Assembly (NCBI GenBank): GCA_965228735.1
Contig: OZ245838.1
Location: 6,560,001 to 6,624,000, forward strand
Source of the DNA: Planctomycetota bacterium
Lineage (GTDB): Bacteria > Planctomycetota > UBA1135 > UBA2386
DNA: 64,000 nt
Direction of reading: 5' to 3'
The position numbers and the translations under genes are program-made. The notes under the pieces are model-generated. The model saw nothing but the letters and a program-made list of their open reading frames with translations, searched no databases and was not told where the DNA came from. Below, one piece after another: positions 23,866-32,766 of the stretch (within the stretch, counting starts at the first letter, position 1; the number at the start of each line of letters is the position of its first letter).

Positions 23866-24894
23866 CTACTGCAACAGCTGCATCAGGATCGCCTTCTGCA
23901 CGTGCACGCGGTTTTCCGCCTGGTCGTAGATCGCGGAGCGCGGGCCGTCGAGCACCGCGTCCGTCGCCGCGACGTTGCGGCGCACGGGCAGCGGGTGCAT
24001 GAGCAGCGCGTCGGCCGTCTGCTGCATCAGCGCCTCGTCGACCTTCCAGTCCTGCAGCGAGCGCTTCATCATCGCTTCGCGTTCGGGATCGTCCCAGTAC
24101 TTCGTGCTGCCCCAGGACCGCGCGTAGAGCACCTGCGCGCCTTCGCTGGCCGAGGCCAGGTCGTTCTTCACGCTGACCTGGCCGCCGGCTTCCTTCGCCA
24201 TGCCGCTGGCCTGACTCAGCACTTCGCTGTCGACGTCGAACCCGATCGGGTTGGCGACGGTGACGTCCATGCCGAGCATCGCGGCGACGCGCAGGATCGA
24301 GTGGGTCGGACCGAGCGACTTGGGGTCGGGGTGGTTGCACCACGCCAGCGTGAGCTTCTTGCCGCGCAGGTCTTGGAGGTGCTCGCGCATCGTCATCGCG
24401 TCGGCGATCGCCTGGCACGGGTGCTCGAAGCAGGTCTCGAGGTTGATGACCGGCACTGAGCTGTGCTGCGCATAGCTCCGCAGCAGCAGCTCCTGCCGGT
24501 CGCGTTCCCACGTGCCGACACGCGAGACCGCGCGGACCCCGAGCGCGTCGACGTAGCGTGACATCGTGCGCGCGGCGTCGATCACGTGCTCCTCGGCGCG
24601 GCCGTCCATCACGACCTGGTCGCCGGGCTCGAGCTCGTAGAGGTCGTCGCGCGCGAGGTTCACGCAGTGGCCGCCGAGCTGCACCATCGCGGTCTCGAAC
24701 GACACGCGCGTGCGCAGGCTCGGCTGGAAGAACAGCATGCCGAGCGTCTTGCCGGCCAGGCCCTGCGTCAGGCGCTTGCCCTTGGCCCGCGAGGCGAGGT
24801 CCAGCAGGTCGTCCAGGTCGGAGCGGGAGAGTTCGGCCGTCGATAGGAAGTCGCGCTTGCTCAAGGCTGTTCGGTCCGTTTTCGTGGAGCCCAT
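23866..24894 (-). CDS. N-acetylornithine carbamoyltransferase-like (ArgF' type); alternative TTG start at 24864
   Basis: SLRTRVSFE, GRAEEHV, HPCQ, W..HP.P loop, SWG, HPLPVRRNV, QAENR. Confidence 0.82.
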   Translation of the reverse strand: MGSTKTDRTALSKRDFLSTAELSRSDLDDLLDLASRAKGKRLTQGLAGKTLGMLFFQPSLRTRVSFETAMVQLGGHCVNLARDDLYELEPGDQVVMDGRAEEHVIDAARTMSRYVDALGVRAVSRVGTWERDRQELLLRSYAQHSSVPVINLETCFEHPCQAIADAMTMREHLQDLRGKKLTLAWCNHPDPKSLGPTHSILRVAAMLGMDVTVANPIGFDVDSEVLSQASGMAKEAGGQVSVKNDLASASEGAQVLYARSWGSTKYWDDPEREAMMKRSLQDWKVDEALMQQTADALLMHPLPVRRNVAATDAVLDGPRSAIYDQAENRVHVQKAILMQLLQ

Positions 24895-24896
24895 AG

Positions 24897-25364
24897 ATGA
24901 GCACCACGCCGGGCGCAAAGGAAGACGAACGTTGGATCGCGCGTTGTCTCGAGCTCGCCGCGGAGGCTGCGCAGAACGCCGAGGTCCCGGTCGGCGCCCT
25001 CGTGGTGCTGGACGACGAGGTCGTGGGGGAGGGCCGGAACCGCGTCGAGGCCGAACGGTCCCCGCTCGCCCACGCCGAGATGATCGCCCTGCAGGCGGCT
25101 CTCCGGACGGTGGGCGAGAAGCGCCTGCCGACCGCGACGCTCTACTGCACGCTCGAGCCCTGTTTCCTCTGCGCGGGGGCGATTCTGCACACCCGCATCC
25201 GGCGCGTCGTGTTCGGCGCCCGCGACCCCAAGTTCGGGGCCGTGCGGTCGCTCGGCACGATCCTCGAGGACGATCGGCTGAACCACCGCTGCGAGGTCGT
25301 CGAGGGCGTCGGGGCGTCTGCCAGCGCGGAGCTATTGCGGGCCTTTTTCAGGGCCCGTCGATAG
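24897..25364 (+). CDS. tadA: tRNA-specific adenosine deaminase
   Basis: EVPVGAL, AHAEM, TLEPCFLCAGAI, FGARDPKFGA, LNH. Confidence 0.93.
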   Translation: MSTTPGAKEDERWIARCLELAAEAAQNAEVPVGALVVLDDEVVGEGRNRVEAERSPLAHAEMIALQAALRTVGEKRLPTATLYCTLEPCFLCAGAILHTRIRRVVFGARDPKFGAVRSLGTILEDDRLNHRCEVVEGVGASASAELLRAFFRARR

Positions 25365-25451
25365 ATCCGTGTTTCGCACGAGGAGGTGGCTCACCGATGA
25401 TTCCGGGCCCGCCGACATCCCGATGGCCGGTACTACCTCGCTGAGCTGACC

Positions 25452-26636
25452 GTGACCCGTACCCTCGCACTCGTGATCTCGGCGGCGTTCGCAGCGCCCC
25501 TCCTGGCGCAGTCTCCAACGCCGGAATCGGGCGCTCCGGCGGACCCCGACCACCAGCACCCGCATCCGCTCGTGCAGCGGCCTGACTCCGGGCCGACGGC
25601 GATCGCCGACGTCGTGCAGTTCTCCGGCATCTTCTCGGCGGCCTGGCAGCACGAGAGCGTGCGGGGCGCGCGCGATCGCGAGGGCGGGTCGTTCATCTTC
25701 CAGCCCGAGGTGGTCGCGCGGGCGTCCGAGCGCACCCTCGTGCGGGCTCGCTTCGGTTTCGCCGCCGACGATGCGCTCAACAACGACTCGCCGTTCGCGT
25801 CGGTCCAGCCGTGGGCCGCGGACACCGAGTCCGGCGTCAACAACATCAACGGCCGCAGTCGCGATGCCGTCATCATCGCCGAGGTGACGCACGCGATGAC
25901 GACGCGGGCGGGCGAGCTCACGATCACGGGCGGCGTCCTCGACCCGACCGAGTTCCTCGACGAGAACGCGTTCGCCAACGACGAACTCAGTCAGTTCATG
26001 AACCTCGCGTTCGTCAACGACCCGATCGCCAACCTGCCGACCTACGACGTCGGCGCGGCCGTGCGGCTCGACAGCGGCGACTGGCAGTTCACCGCGCTCG
26101 GCCAGCGCTACGGCAGCAACGGCATCGGGCGCTCGTTCACGCTGTGGGGCGGGCAGGCGATGTATCACTTCGGCGGCGAGGATCGCGACGTCGACAACGT
26201 CCGCCTGACGGTGACCGGCACGAGCTCGGACTTCGCGGACCCGACCGGGGCGTCGAACGACGAATCGCAGATCGGAGTGTCGGTTTCGGTCGATCATCGC
26301 CTGCTCGACTGCTGCGGCGTCTTCAGCCGGCTGAGCTGGGGCAACGACGATCCGGCCCGCGCGTTCGACCGCTACGCGTCCGCGGGATTTGCGTTCAACG
26401 GCTCATCGTGGGGCCGCGAGCACGACGTCGTCGGGGTCGGTCTCGGCTACCTCGATGGCGGCAACACGTTCTACGACGACGCGATCGTCGGCGAGATCTA
26501 CGGCTCGGTGGAGCTCGTCGACACGATCGTGCTGACGGCCGACGCGCAGTACGTCGACGAGAACGTCATCGCCGGCGCGCCGCAGCGCGGCGTCGACGGC
26601 TGGATCCTCGGCCTCCGCGTGACGATGACCTTCTGA
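25452..26636 (+). CDS. OprB-like carbohydrate-selective porin
   Basis: Signal peptide; G.LDPTEFLDENAFANDELSQFMN.AFVN; amphipathic strands; C-terminal Phe beta-signal (LRVTMTF). Confidence 0.78.
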   Translation: MTRTLALVISAAFAAPLLAQSPTPESGAPADPDHQHPHPLVQRPDSGPTAIADVVQFSGIFSAAWQHESVRGARDREGGSFIFQPEVVARASERTLVRARFGFAADDALNNDSPFASVQPWAADTESGVNNINGRSRDAVIIAEVTHAMTTRAGELTITGGVLDPTEFLDENAFANDELSQFMNLAFVNDPIANLPTYDVGAAVRLDSGDWQFTALGQRYGSNGIGRSFTLWGGQAMYHFGGEDRDVDNVRLTVTGTSSDFADPTGASNDESQIGVSVSVDHRLLDCCGVFSRLSWGNDDPARAFDRYASAGFAFNGSSWGREHDVVGVGLGYLDGGNTFYDDAIVGEIYGSVELVDTIVLTADAQYVDENVIAGAPQRGVDGWILGLRVTMTF

Positions 26637-26671
26637 GCGCGATCGGCGCGGTTCGCCGCCGGCGCGGCGCG

Positions 26672-27793
26672 CTACCAGCCGCCGAGCACGAGCTCGACGC
26701 CGCGCGTGCTCGACGCGAGGCCGTTGCTGCTCGTGAAGTCGAGCACGAAGCCCTGCGCGAACAGGCTGAGCCCGCAGAAGCTCGTGCCGCCCGGGAACTG
26801 GAAGTCGAAGTAGGCCGAGCCGTCCGGGAACGTGCGGCTCGAGAGCGTCGGCGTGCCGTTCGGCACGACGAGCACGTTGATGCCGCCGAAGTTCTGGTTG
26901 GTCGGCTGGGTGCCGAGCAGCAGCGCGGACAGCGAATTGCCGAGGCCGTTCTCGATGCGGATCGCGGTCGAGCTCAGCTGTGCGCGGGTGACGAGGTACT
27001 CGGAGTAGAGGTTCGGCAGGCCGGTCGTGCCCGCGGTGCCGGTGCCGTACGTCACGATGTTGGGGCGGCAGTCGAGCAGCGCGAGCGTGCACTCGACGGC
27101 GACCGAGCCGTTCGCCGGGACCATCAGCGACCACTGGAACGCGCCGCCGTAGTCGCCCACGCCCTGCTGGCCGCTCCAGCCGCCGAGGTTCGTCAGCTCG
27201 ATGTCCGTGAGGCCTGCGGTCAGGGTCGCGGGCGGCGCCACGGCGGTGCGCGTGGCGCCCTCGGCGCGGAACTCGCATGCCTGCGTGATGCCGTCCTGCA
27301 CGACGTGGCTGATGCGGTTGCCGCGCGCGATGTTGAGCGGGTTGCCGCCGGCATCGAGATCGGCGATCGCGAACAGGTCGACCGTCAGGGGCTGGGCCCT
27401 GAGATTCGTGAGCGTCATCGTCTCCTCGAGGCGCGCGCCCTGGACGCCCGACGTCGCGAGCGTCTGCACGAGCGTCGCCGAGAAGTCACCGCGGCCGTCG
27501 AGATCGACCCAGGTGGTCGTGATCGTCGGGCCGCTCACGACGCGCGTCACCATGCCGTCGTCCTTGAACGCGTACTCGCGCCGTTGCCCCGGGCCGCGGA
27601 AGTACCACCAGTGGTTGCGCAGCGGGTCCGAACCGCCGCTCGTGAGATCCCCATCCGGGATCATGGTCTCCGTGGTCGGCAGGGCGCCGACGACGAGCGT
27701 CGCGGGCCCGGTCGAGACCGTGACCGGCAGGTTGGTCTGCGCGACGGCGACCGACAGGCCGCTCGTCAGGATCAAGACTGGAATGAGGCGCAT
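26672..27793 (-). CDS. Secreted hypothetical protein
   Basis: Signal peptide MRLIPVLILTSGLSVAVAQ; Thr/Gly-rich beta structure; C-terminal GLSLFAQGFVLD...STRGVELVLG. Confidence 0.8.
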   Translation of the reverse strand: MRLIPVLILTSGLSVAVAQTNLPVTVSTGPATLVVGALPTTETMIPDGDLTSGGSDPLRNHWWYFRGPGQRREYAFKDDGMVTRVVSGPTITTTWVDLDGRGDFSATLVQTLATSGVQGARLEETMTLTNLRAQPLTVDLFAIADLDAGGNPLNIARGNRISHVVQDGITQACEFRAEGATRTAVAPPATLTAGLTDIELTNLGGWSGQQGVGDYGGAFQWSLMVPANGSVAVECTLALLDCRPNIVTYGTGTAGTTGLPNLYSEYLVTRAQLSSTAIRIENGLGNSLSALLLGTQPTNQNFGGINVLVVPNGTPTLSSRTFPDGSAYFDFQFPGGTSFCGLSLFAQGFVLDFTSSNGLASSTRGVELVLGGW

Positions 27794-28133
27794 GGATACT
27801 CGGAGGCAGTGGGGCCTGAACGTAACCGACGCCAGGGTTGCCGCGAAGGGGGGGGCAATCGCCGGAAACGCGCGTTCTCGGGCCCGGATCGTCGGTTTCC
27901 GGTGTTCCGCCGTCAGGCCCGCGCGGCGGCACCGGCGGTGACCGGGCACTGCCATCGGGCGTTGCCGCGGCGGCAGGAGAGCTGCGGCCGCGGCCCGGGG
28001 TGTCGCAGCGATGACGCGCGCCGCGGCGCTCGGTGCGGCGGCAAAACCGTGCCGGGCTGATTGTTGCAATGTCACGGCCGGCCCGGCACGATCCTCCGCC
28101 CCAAGGCGCGTCGTCCCCACGGCGGCCCCTCGC

Positions 28134-28223
<90 letters not shown>

Positions 28224-28232
28224 CTTCTCCCC

Positions 28233-28316
28233 GGCGGCTGGTCTCCGGCGGCCTGACCCCAGCGGCCTGACTTTGGCGGCCCGTCTCCGTCGGCCGGACT
28301 CCGTCAGCCTCGGCTC
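28233..28316. repeat. Six degenerate 14-bp tandem repeats (consensus GGCGGCCTGACTCC)
   Basis: ggcggctggtctcc, ggcggcctgacccc, agcggcctgacttt, ggcggcccgtctcc, gtcggccggactcc, gtcagcctcggctc in register. Confidence 0.7.
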
Positions 28317-28350
28317 GGGGACGGCCTGAGCCGGAATTACCCGGTCGCGG

Positions 28351-30474
28351 TCACTTACCCTGGAGCGTGCGCCACAGGAACGTGTAGGCCAGCGCCGTCA
28401 TGAACGCGGCCTGTTCGTTGTCCGCCGCGCCGCCGTGGCCGCCCTCGATGTTCTCGTAGTAGAGCGCTCGGTGCCCCTGCTCCATCATCCGCGCCATCAT
28501 CTTGCGCGCGTGACCCGGGTGGACGCGGTCGTCGCGCGTCGAGGTCGTGAACAGCACGCGCGGGTACCGCGTCTCCGACTTCACGTTGTGATACGGCGAG
28601 TAGCGCACGAGGAACTCGGCCTCGGCCGGGTCCTCCGGGTCGCCGTACTCGCCGATCCACGACGCGCCCGCGAGCAGCTTGTGGAAGCGCAGCATGTCGA
28701 GCAGCGGCACCTGGCAGACCACGGCGCCGAACAGCTCGGGATACGTCGTCAGCATGTTGCCGACGAGCAGGCCGCCGTTGCTGCCGCCCTGCACGCCGAG
28801 GTGCGGTGCTGCGGTGACGCGTCGCGCGATCAGGTCCCTCGCGACGGCCGCGAAGTCCTCGTAGGCCTTGTGGCGTTTGCCCTTCAGCGCCGCCTGATGC
28901 CAGCGCGGGCCGAACTCGCCGCCGCCCCGGATGTTCGCGACGCAGAAGACGCCGCCGCGCTCGAGCCACGCGGTGCCGGTGACCGCGCCGTAGCTCGGCG
29001 TCATCGAGATCTCGAAGCCGCCGTAGCCGTAGAGCAACGTCGGGTTCGTGCCATCGAACGCGAGGTCGTCGCGGCGCACGAGGAAGTACGGGATCGACGT
29101 GCCGTCCGCGGACTTCGCCGCGTGCTGCTCGACGACGAGGCCGTCGGCATCGAAGAACGCGGGCAGGCTCTTCAGCTGCTTGGGCGCGCCGTTGCCGACC
29201 GTGCCGAGCCACAGGCTCGTCGGCGTCAGGTAGTCCGTGATCGTGAGGAAGTAGTCGTCGGAGAAGTCGCTGTCCGCGGCGCTCGCGCTCACCGTGCCGA
29301 ACTCGGGCAGGCCGGGCAGCAGTTCGCGGTTCCAGCTCGCCCCCGCCGCGCCCGGCGTCAGCACGTAGACCCGGTTCTTGACGTTGTCGAGCACGTTGAG
29401 CAGCACGTGGTTCAACGTCGGCGAATAGCCCGCGAGTGACGTCCGCGCGGTCGGTTCGAACAGGATCTCGAAGTCGCGTTCGCCCGCGAGGAACGCCTGC
29501 AGATGGATGACGAGCAGCGCGCCGGCCGGGTAGGTCGTCTGCTCGATCGGCCAGTCCTCGCGCAGCGACACGAACAGCCATTCCCGGTGCAGGTTCACCG
29601 TGGCGCTGTCCGGTTTGTCGAGCTTGATGGTCTTGCCGTCCTCGAGCAGCAGGACCTCGTTGGTGAAGAACGTCTTCGCGCGCGTCAGGATGTCGCGTTC
29701 GAAGCCCGGGGACTGGTCGTGGTTGGCCGCGAACGCGACGTCCGTCGCCTCGCCCTCGCCGACGAGCTCCGCGCTGGCGAGTTCGGTGCCGCGCCGCCAG
29801 CGCCGCGCGGTGCGCGGGTAGCCCGAGTCGGTCATCGTGCCGGCGCCGAAGTCCGTGCCGACGTAGATGTGATCGCGGTCGATCCAGCCCGCCATCGTCT
29901 TGGCCTCGGGCACCGTGAAGCCGCCTTCGACGAACGTGCGCGTCTGGACGTCGAACTCGCGGATGACGACCGCGTCCGCACCGCCGCGCGACAGCGACAC
30001 GAGGCAGTAGCGGCGCTCGGGCAGCAGGAACGTCGCGCCCTTCCACACCCAGTTCTCGTTCTCCTGTCGCCCGAGCTCGTCGAGGTCGAGCAGGACGTCC
30101 CACTCGGGCTCGTCCTGCACGTACTGCTCGAAGCTCGTGCGCCGCCACAGGCCGCGCGGGTTCTTCGCGTCCTGCCAGAAGTTGAAGTAGTGCGCGCCGC
30201 GCCGCGTGACGAACGGGATCCTGTCGTCGCTGTCGAGCACCGCCAGGACGGCGCGCTTCAGCTCGGCGAACAGCTCGGTCTCGGCGAGTTCGCCCGTCGT
30301 CGCGGCGTTGCGTTCGCGGACCCAACCCAGGGCCTCGTCGCTGTCGACGGCCTCGAGCCAGAGATTCGGATCGGCGGGGAGGTCGGGATCGGGCATCGGG
30401 GGAGTCTGCGCCGCGGGGGAGCCGGCGACGGCGAGGGTGGCGGCGATTGCGGTGGCGCGGAGGTGCGGGATCAT
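28351..30474 (-). CDS. Exported prolyl oligopeptidase (S9A)
   Basis: Signal peptide; DPNLWLE, LYGYGGF, NIRGGGEFG, GGSNGG, DDRVHP, EGGHG; start ATG 30474. Confidence 0.95.
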   Translation of the reverse strand: MIPHLRATAIAATLAVAGSPAAQTPPMPDPDLPADPNLWLEAVDSDEALGWVRERNAATTGELAETELFAELKRAVLAVLDSDDRIPFVTRRGAHYFNFWQDAKNPRGLWRRTSFEQYVQDEPEWDVLLDLDELGRQENENWVWKGATFLLPERRYCLVSLSRGGADAVVIREFDVQTRTFVEGGFTVPEAKTMAGWIDRDHIYVGTDFGAGTMTDSGYPRTARRWRRGTELASAELVGEGEATDVAFAANHDQSPGFERDILTRAKTFFTNEVLLLEDGKTIKLDKPDSATVNLHREWLFVSLREDWPIEQTTYPAGALLVIHLQAFLAGERDFEILFEPTARTSLAGYSPTLNHVLLNVLDNVKNRVYVLTPGAAGASWNRELLPGLPEFGTVSASAADSDFSDDYFLTITDYLTPTSLWLGTVGNGAPKQLKSLPAFFDADGLVVEQHAAKSADGTSIPYFLVRRDDLAFDGTNPTLLYGYGGFEISMTPSYGAVTGTAWLERGGVFCVANIRGGGEFGPRWHQAALKGKRHKAYEDFAAVARDLIARRVTAAPHLGVQGGSNGGLLVGNMLTTYPELFGAVVCQVPLLDMLRFHKLLAGASWIGEYGDPEDPAEAEFLVRYSPYHNVKSETRYPRVLFTTSTRDDRVHPGHARKMMARMMEQGHRALYYENIEGGHGGAADNEQAAFMTALAYTFLWRTLQGK

Positions 30475-30635
30475 AGGAACTCGGGGGGCGACGGCGCGCG
30501 GCGGGCCGCGCTGTGGACGCGCGGCCGGCCGTTCATGTTCATACGGCGTCGCCCGGGCCTCGGCGAACTGCGACCGTATTTGCGGTGTGGCGTATCCGGG
30601 CGCACCCGCCCGAGGAAAGACGCACGGCCCGCGAA

Positions 30636-30748
30636 GGTGAGATCCACCAGGCGGCCCGCGCACAAGAGACTGCACGCTTATGGCTGCTTCCTTCCGGACC
30701 TGACCAGGTTCACGCCGCCCCCTTGCACGGGACCCGACGAACCCCACC
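30636..30748 (-). ncRNA. ffs: Signal recognition particle RNA (small bacterial type)
   Basis: Minus strand has GAACCTGGTCAGGTCCGGAAGGAAGCAGCCA (domain IV, GGAA tetraloop) within a long hairpin; ends approximate. Confidence 0.93.
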
Positions 30749-30765
30749 TTCGCGAGCCGTGCAGG

Positions 30766-30858
<93 letters not shown>

Positions 30859-31026
30859 ACGCAACGCCGCGTGGGCCCCGGAGATCAGTCCTCCGGAAAA
30901 TGGGGAGGGGAGTTCTAGGTGGCCGCCCCGCGAGATGCAAGGTCGGCATGGCGGCGCCGTGCGATCGCGTTCGCGAAGCGGGCCTCGAGCCTTCCCCGGG
31001 TGCGCGCGAGGTTGCACACTGACCGC

Positions 31027-32736
31027 ATGGCAGCGTCCAAGAAGGCGACCTCGAAGCCCGCTCCGGCGGCGGACGGGGCAGACGGGTATCAGGTCGTTGC
31101 CCGCCGGTTCCGGCCGCAGTCGTTCGAGGAGATGGTCGGCCAGGACGAGGTCCTGCAGTCGTTGCGGGCCGCGCTGGAGCAGAAGCGCATTCCGCATGCG
31201 TTCCTGTTCTCCGGCAGTCGCGGCGTCGGCAAGACGACCTCGGCGCGCATCCTCGCGCGCTGCCTCAACTGCGTGCACGGCCCGACGCCGACACCATGCG
31301 GGAAGTGCGAGCTCTGCACGTCGATCCTCGACGGCAGCAACCCGGACGTGATCGAGATCGACGCCGCGTCGAACAACAGCGTCGACGACGTGCGGCAGCT
31401 GCGCGAGCACGCGGCGTTCGCAACGATGCGCTCGCGCAACCGGGTGTTCATCCTCGACGAGGTCCACATGCTGAGCAAGGGCGCGTTTAATGCGCTGCTC
31501 AAGACTCTCGAGGAGCCGCCGGCCGGGGTGGTGTTCGTGCTCGCGACGACCGAGCTGCACAAGGTGCCGGAGACGATCCGGTCGCGATGTCAGGTCCTGA
31601 TGTTCCGTCGCGTCGGCGAGCCGGACCTGCAGCGCCGGCTCGCGACGATCGCCGAGCGCGAGGGCGTCGACGTGCCGGCCGAGGTGCTCGCGGAGATCGC
31701 GGCGTCCGTGCGCGGCGGCGTGCGCGATGCCGAGACCGCGCTCGAACGCGTGATCCCGCTGGCGCGCGAACTCGGCAGCAAGTTCGACCTCTTGGCCTAC
31801 CGGACGCTCGTCGCGCGGGTCGGCACGGACGCGGTGGTCGACGTCGTCGCGGAGCTGCTGCAGGGGAACGTGCAGGCGGGGTTGCACTTCGCCCGTTCGC
31901 TGCAGGAGCAAGGGGTCGACGAACGTGAGGCGCTCGGCGAGATCGTCGAGGTGTTGCGGTGGCTGTTGCTGCTCCGCGTCGACGGACCCGACAGCGTGCT
32001 CGTGCCGCTGACCGGTGCGTTGCGCGACCGTCTCGTCGAGCTGCGCGAACAGGCCGACACGGCGAAACTCGACGCGATGATCACGGCCGGACTGCTCGGC
32101 CGCGAACGGCTGCGTCGGCTCGAGGATCGCGGCGTCGTGTTCGAGGTCGCGCTCGTGCGAATCGCGCAGGCGGGCACGCTGCCGAGCGTTGCCGAGTTGT
32201 TGTCCGAGGTGCGCGCGGGTGGTGGGGTCGTCGCCGCCGGACCGGCGGGTGGCGGCGCTCCGGTTGCGGGGGCGGCCGCCGGCGGCGGCGATCTCAAGAG
32301 TCGCGTGCTCGAGCTCGCGCGCGAGAAGGGCCTGCTGCGGGCGACGCTCGAACTCTGCGAGTTCGCCGACCCGGACAGCAGCGGCAAGGTCGTCGTGAGC
32401 ACGCAGACGCCGCGCAAGATGCACCAGGACCGGCTGCAGTCACCCGACGTCCAGCAGCAGCTGCAGGGCTGGGTCCGGCAGGCGACCGGCGCAGACGTGC
32501 GCGTCGAGGTCAAGATCGGCAAGGCCGACGCTGGTGGCGCCAGTGGCGGCGCCGGAGGTGCGGCGAAGGCCGGTGCCGCGTCGGGGCCCGCGAAGAAGCC
32601 CGGAGCCGCCGCGAAGCGCGCCATGGGGCGCTTCGGCGGCCGTGTCGTCGACGTCAATCCGGACGACCGCGTGCAGAAGCAACCGCCCGCAAGCGACGAC
32701 GGCGACGACGCGCCGGACGCGCCGCCGGAAGACTGA
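31027..32736 (+). CDS. dnaX: DNA polymerase III gamma/tau subunit
   Basis: ARRFRPQSF, GSRGVGKTT, PCGKCELC, EIDAASN, ILDEVHMLS..AFNALLKTLEEPP, SRCQ. Confidence 0.98.
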   Translation: MAASKKATSKPAPAADGADGYQVVARRFRPQSFEEMVGQDEVLQSLRAALEQKRIPHAFLFSGSRGVGKTTSARILARCLNCVHGPTPTPCGKCELCTSILDGSNPDVIEIDAASNNSVDDVRQLREHAAFATMRSRNRVFILDEVHMLSKGAFNALLKTLEEPPAGVVFVLATTELHKVPETIRSRCQVLMFRRVGEPDLQRRLATIAEREGVDVPAEVLAEIAASVRGGVRDAETALERVIPLARELGSKFDLLAYRTLVARVGTDAVVDVVAELLQGNVQAGLHFARSLQEQGVDEREALGEIVEVLRWLLLLRVDGPDSVLVPLTGALRDRLVELREQADTAKLDAMITAGLLGRERLRRLEDRGVVFEVALVRIAQAGTLPSVAELLSEVRAGGGVVAAGPAGGGAPVAGAAAGGGDLKSRVLELAREKGLLRATLELCEFADPDSSGKVVVSTQTPRKMHQDRLQSPDVQQQLQGWVRQATGADVRVEVKIGKADAGGASGGAGGAAKAGAASGPAKKPGAAAKRAMGRFGGRVVDVNPDDRVQKQPPASDDGDDAPDAPPED

Positions 32737-32766
32737 CCGGACGGGTCGGCGCGTTCGTTTGGGGGT

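Noticed and set aside
28233..28316. CRISPR array
   Set aside because: Units are 14 bp, contiguous and spacer-less; no cas genes
31027..32736. dnaX programmed frameshift or slippage site
   Set aside because: No A AAA AAG or poly-A/T run seen
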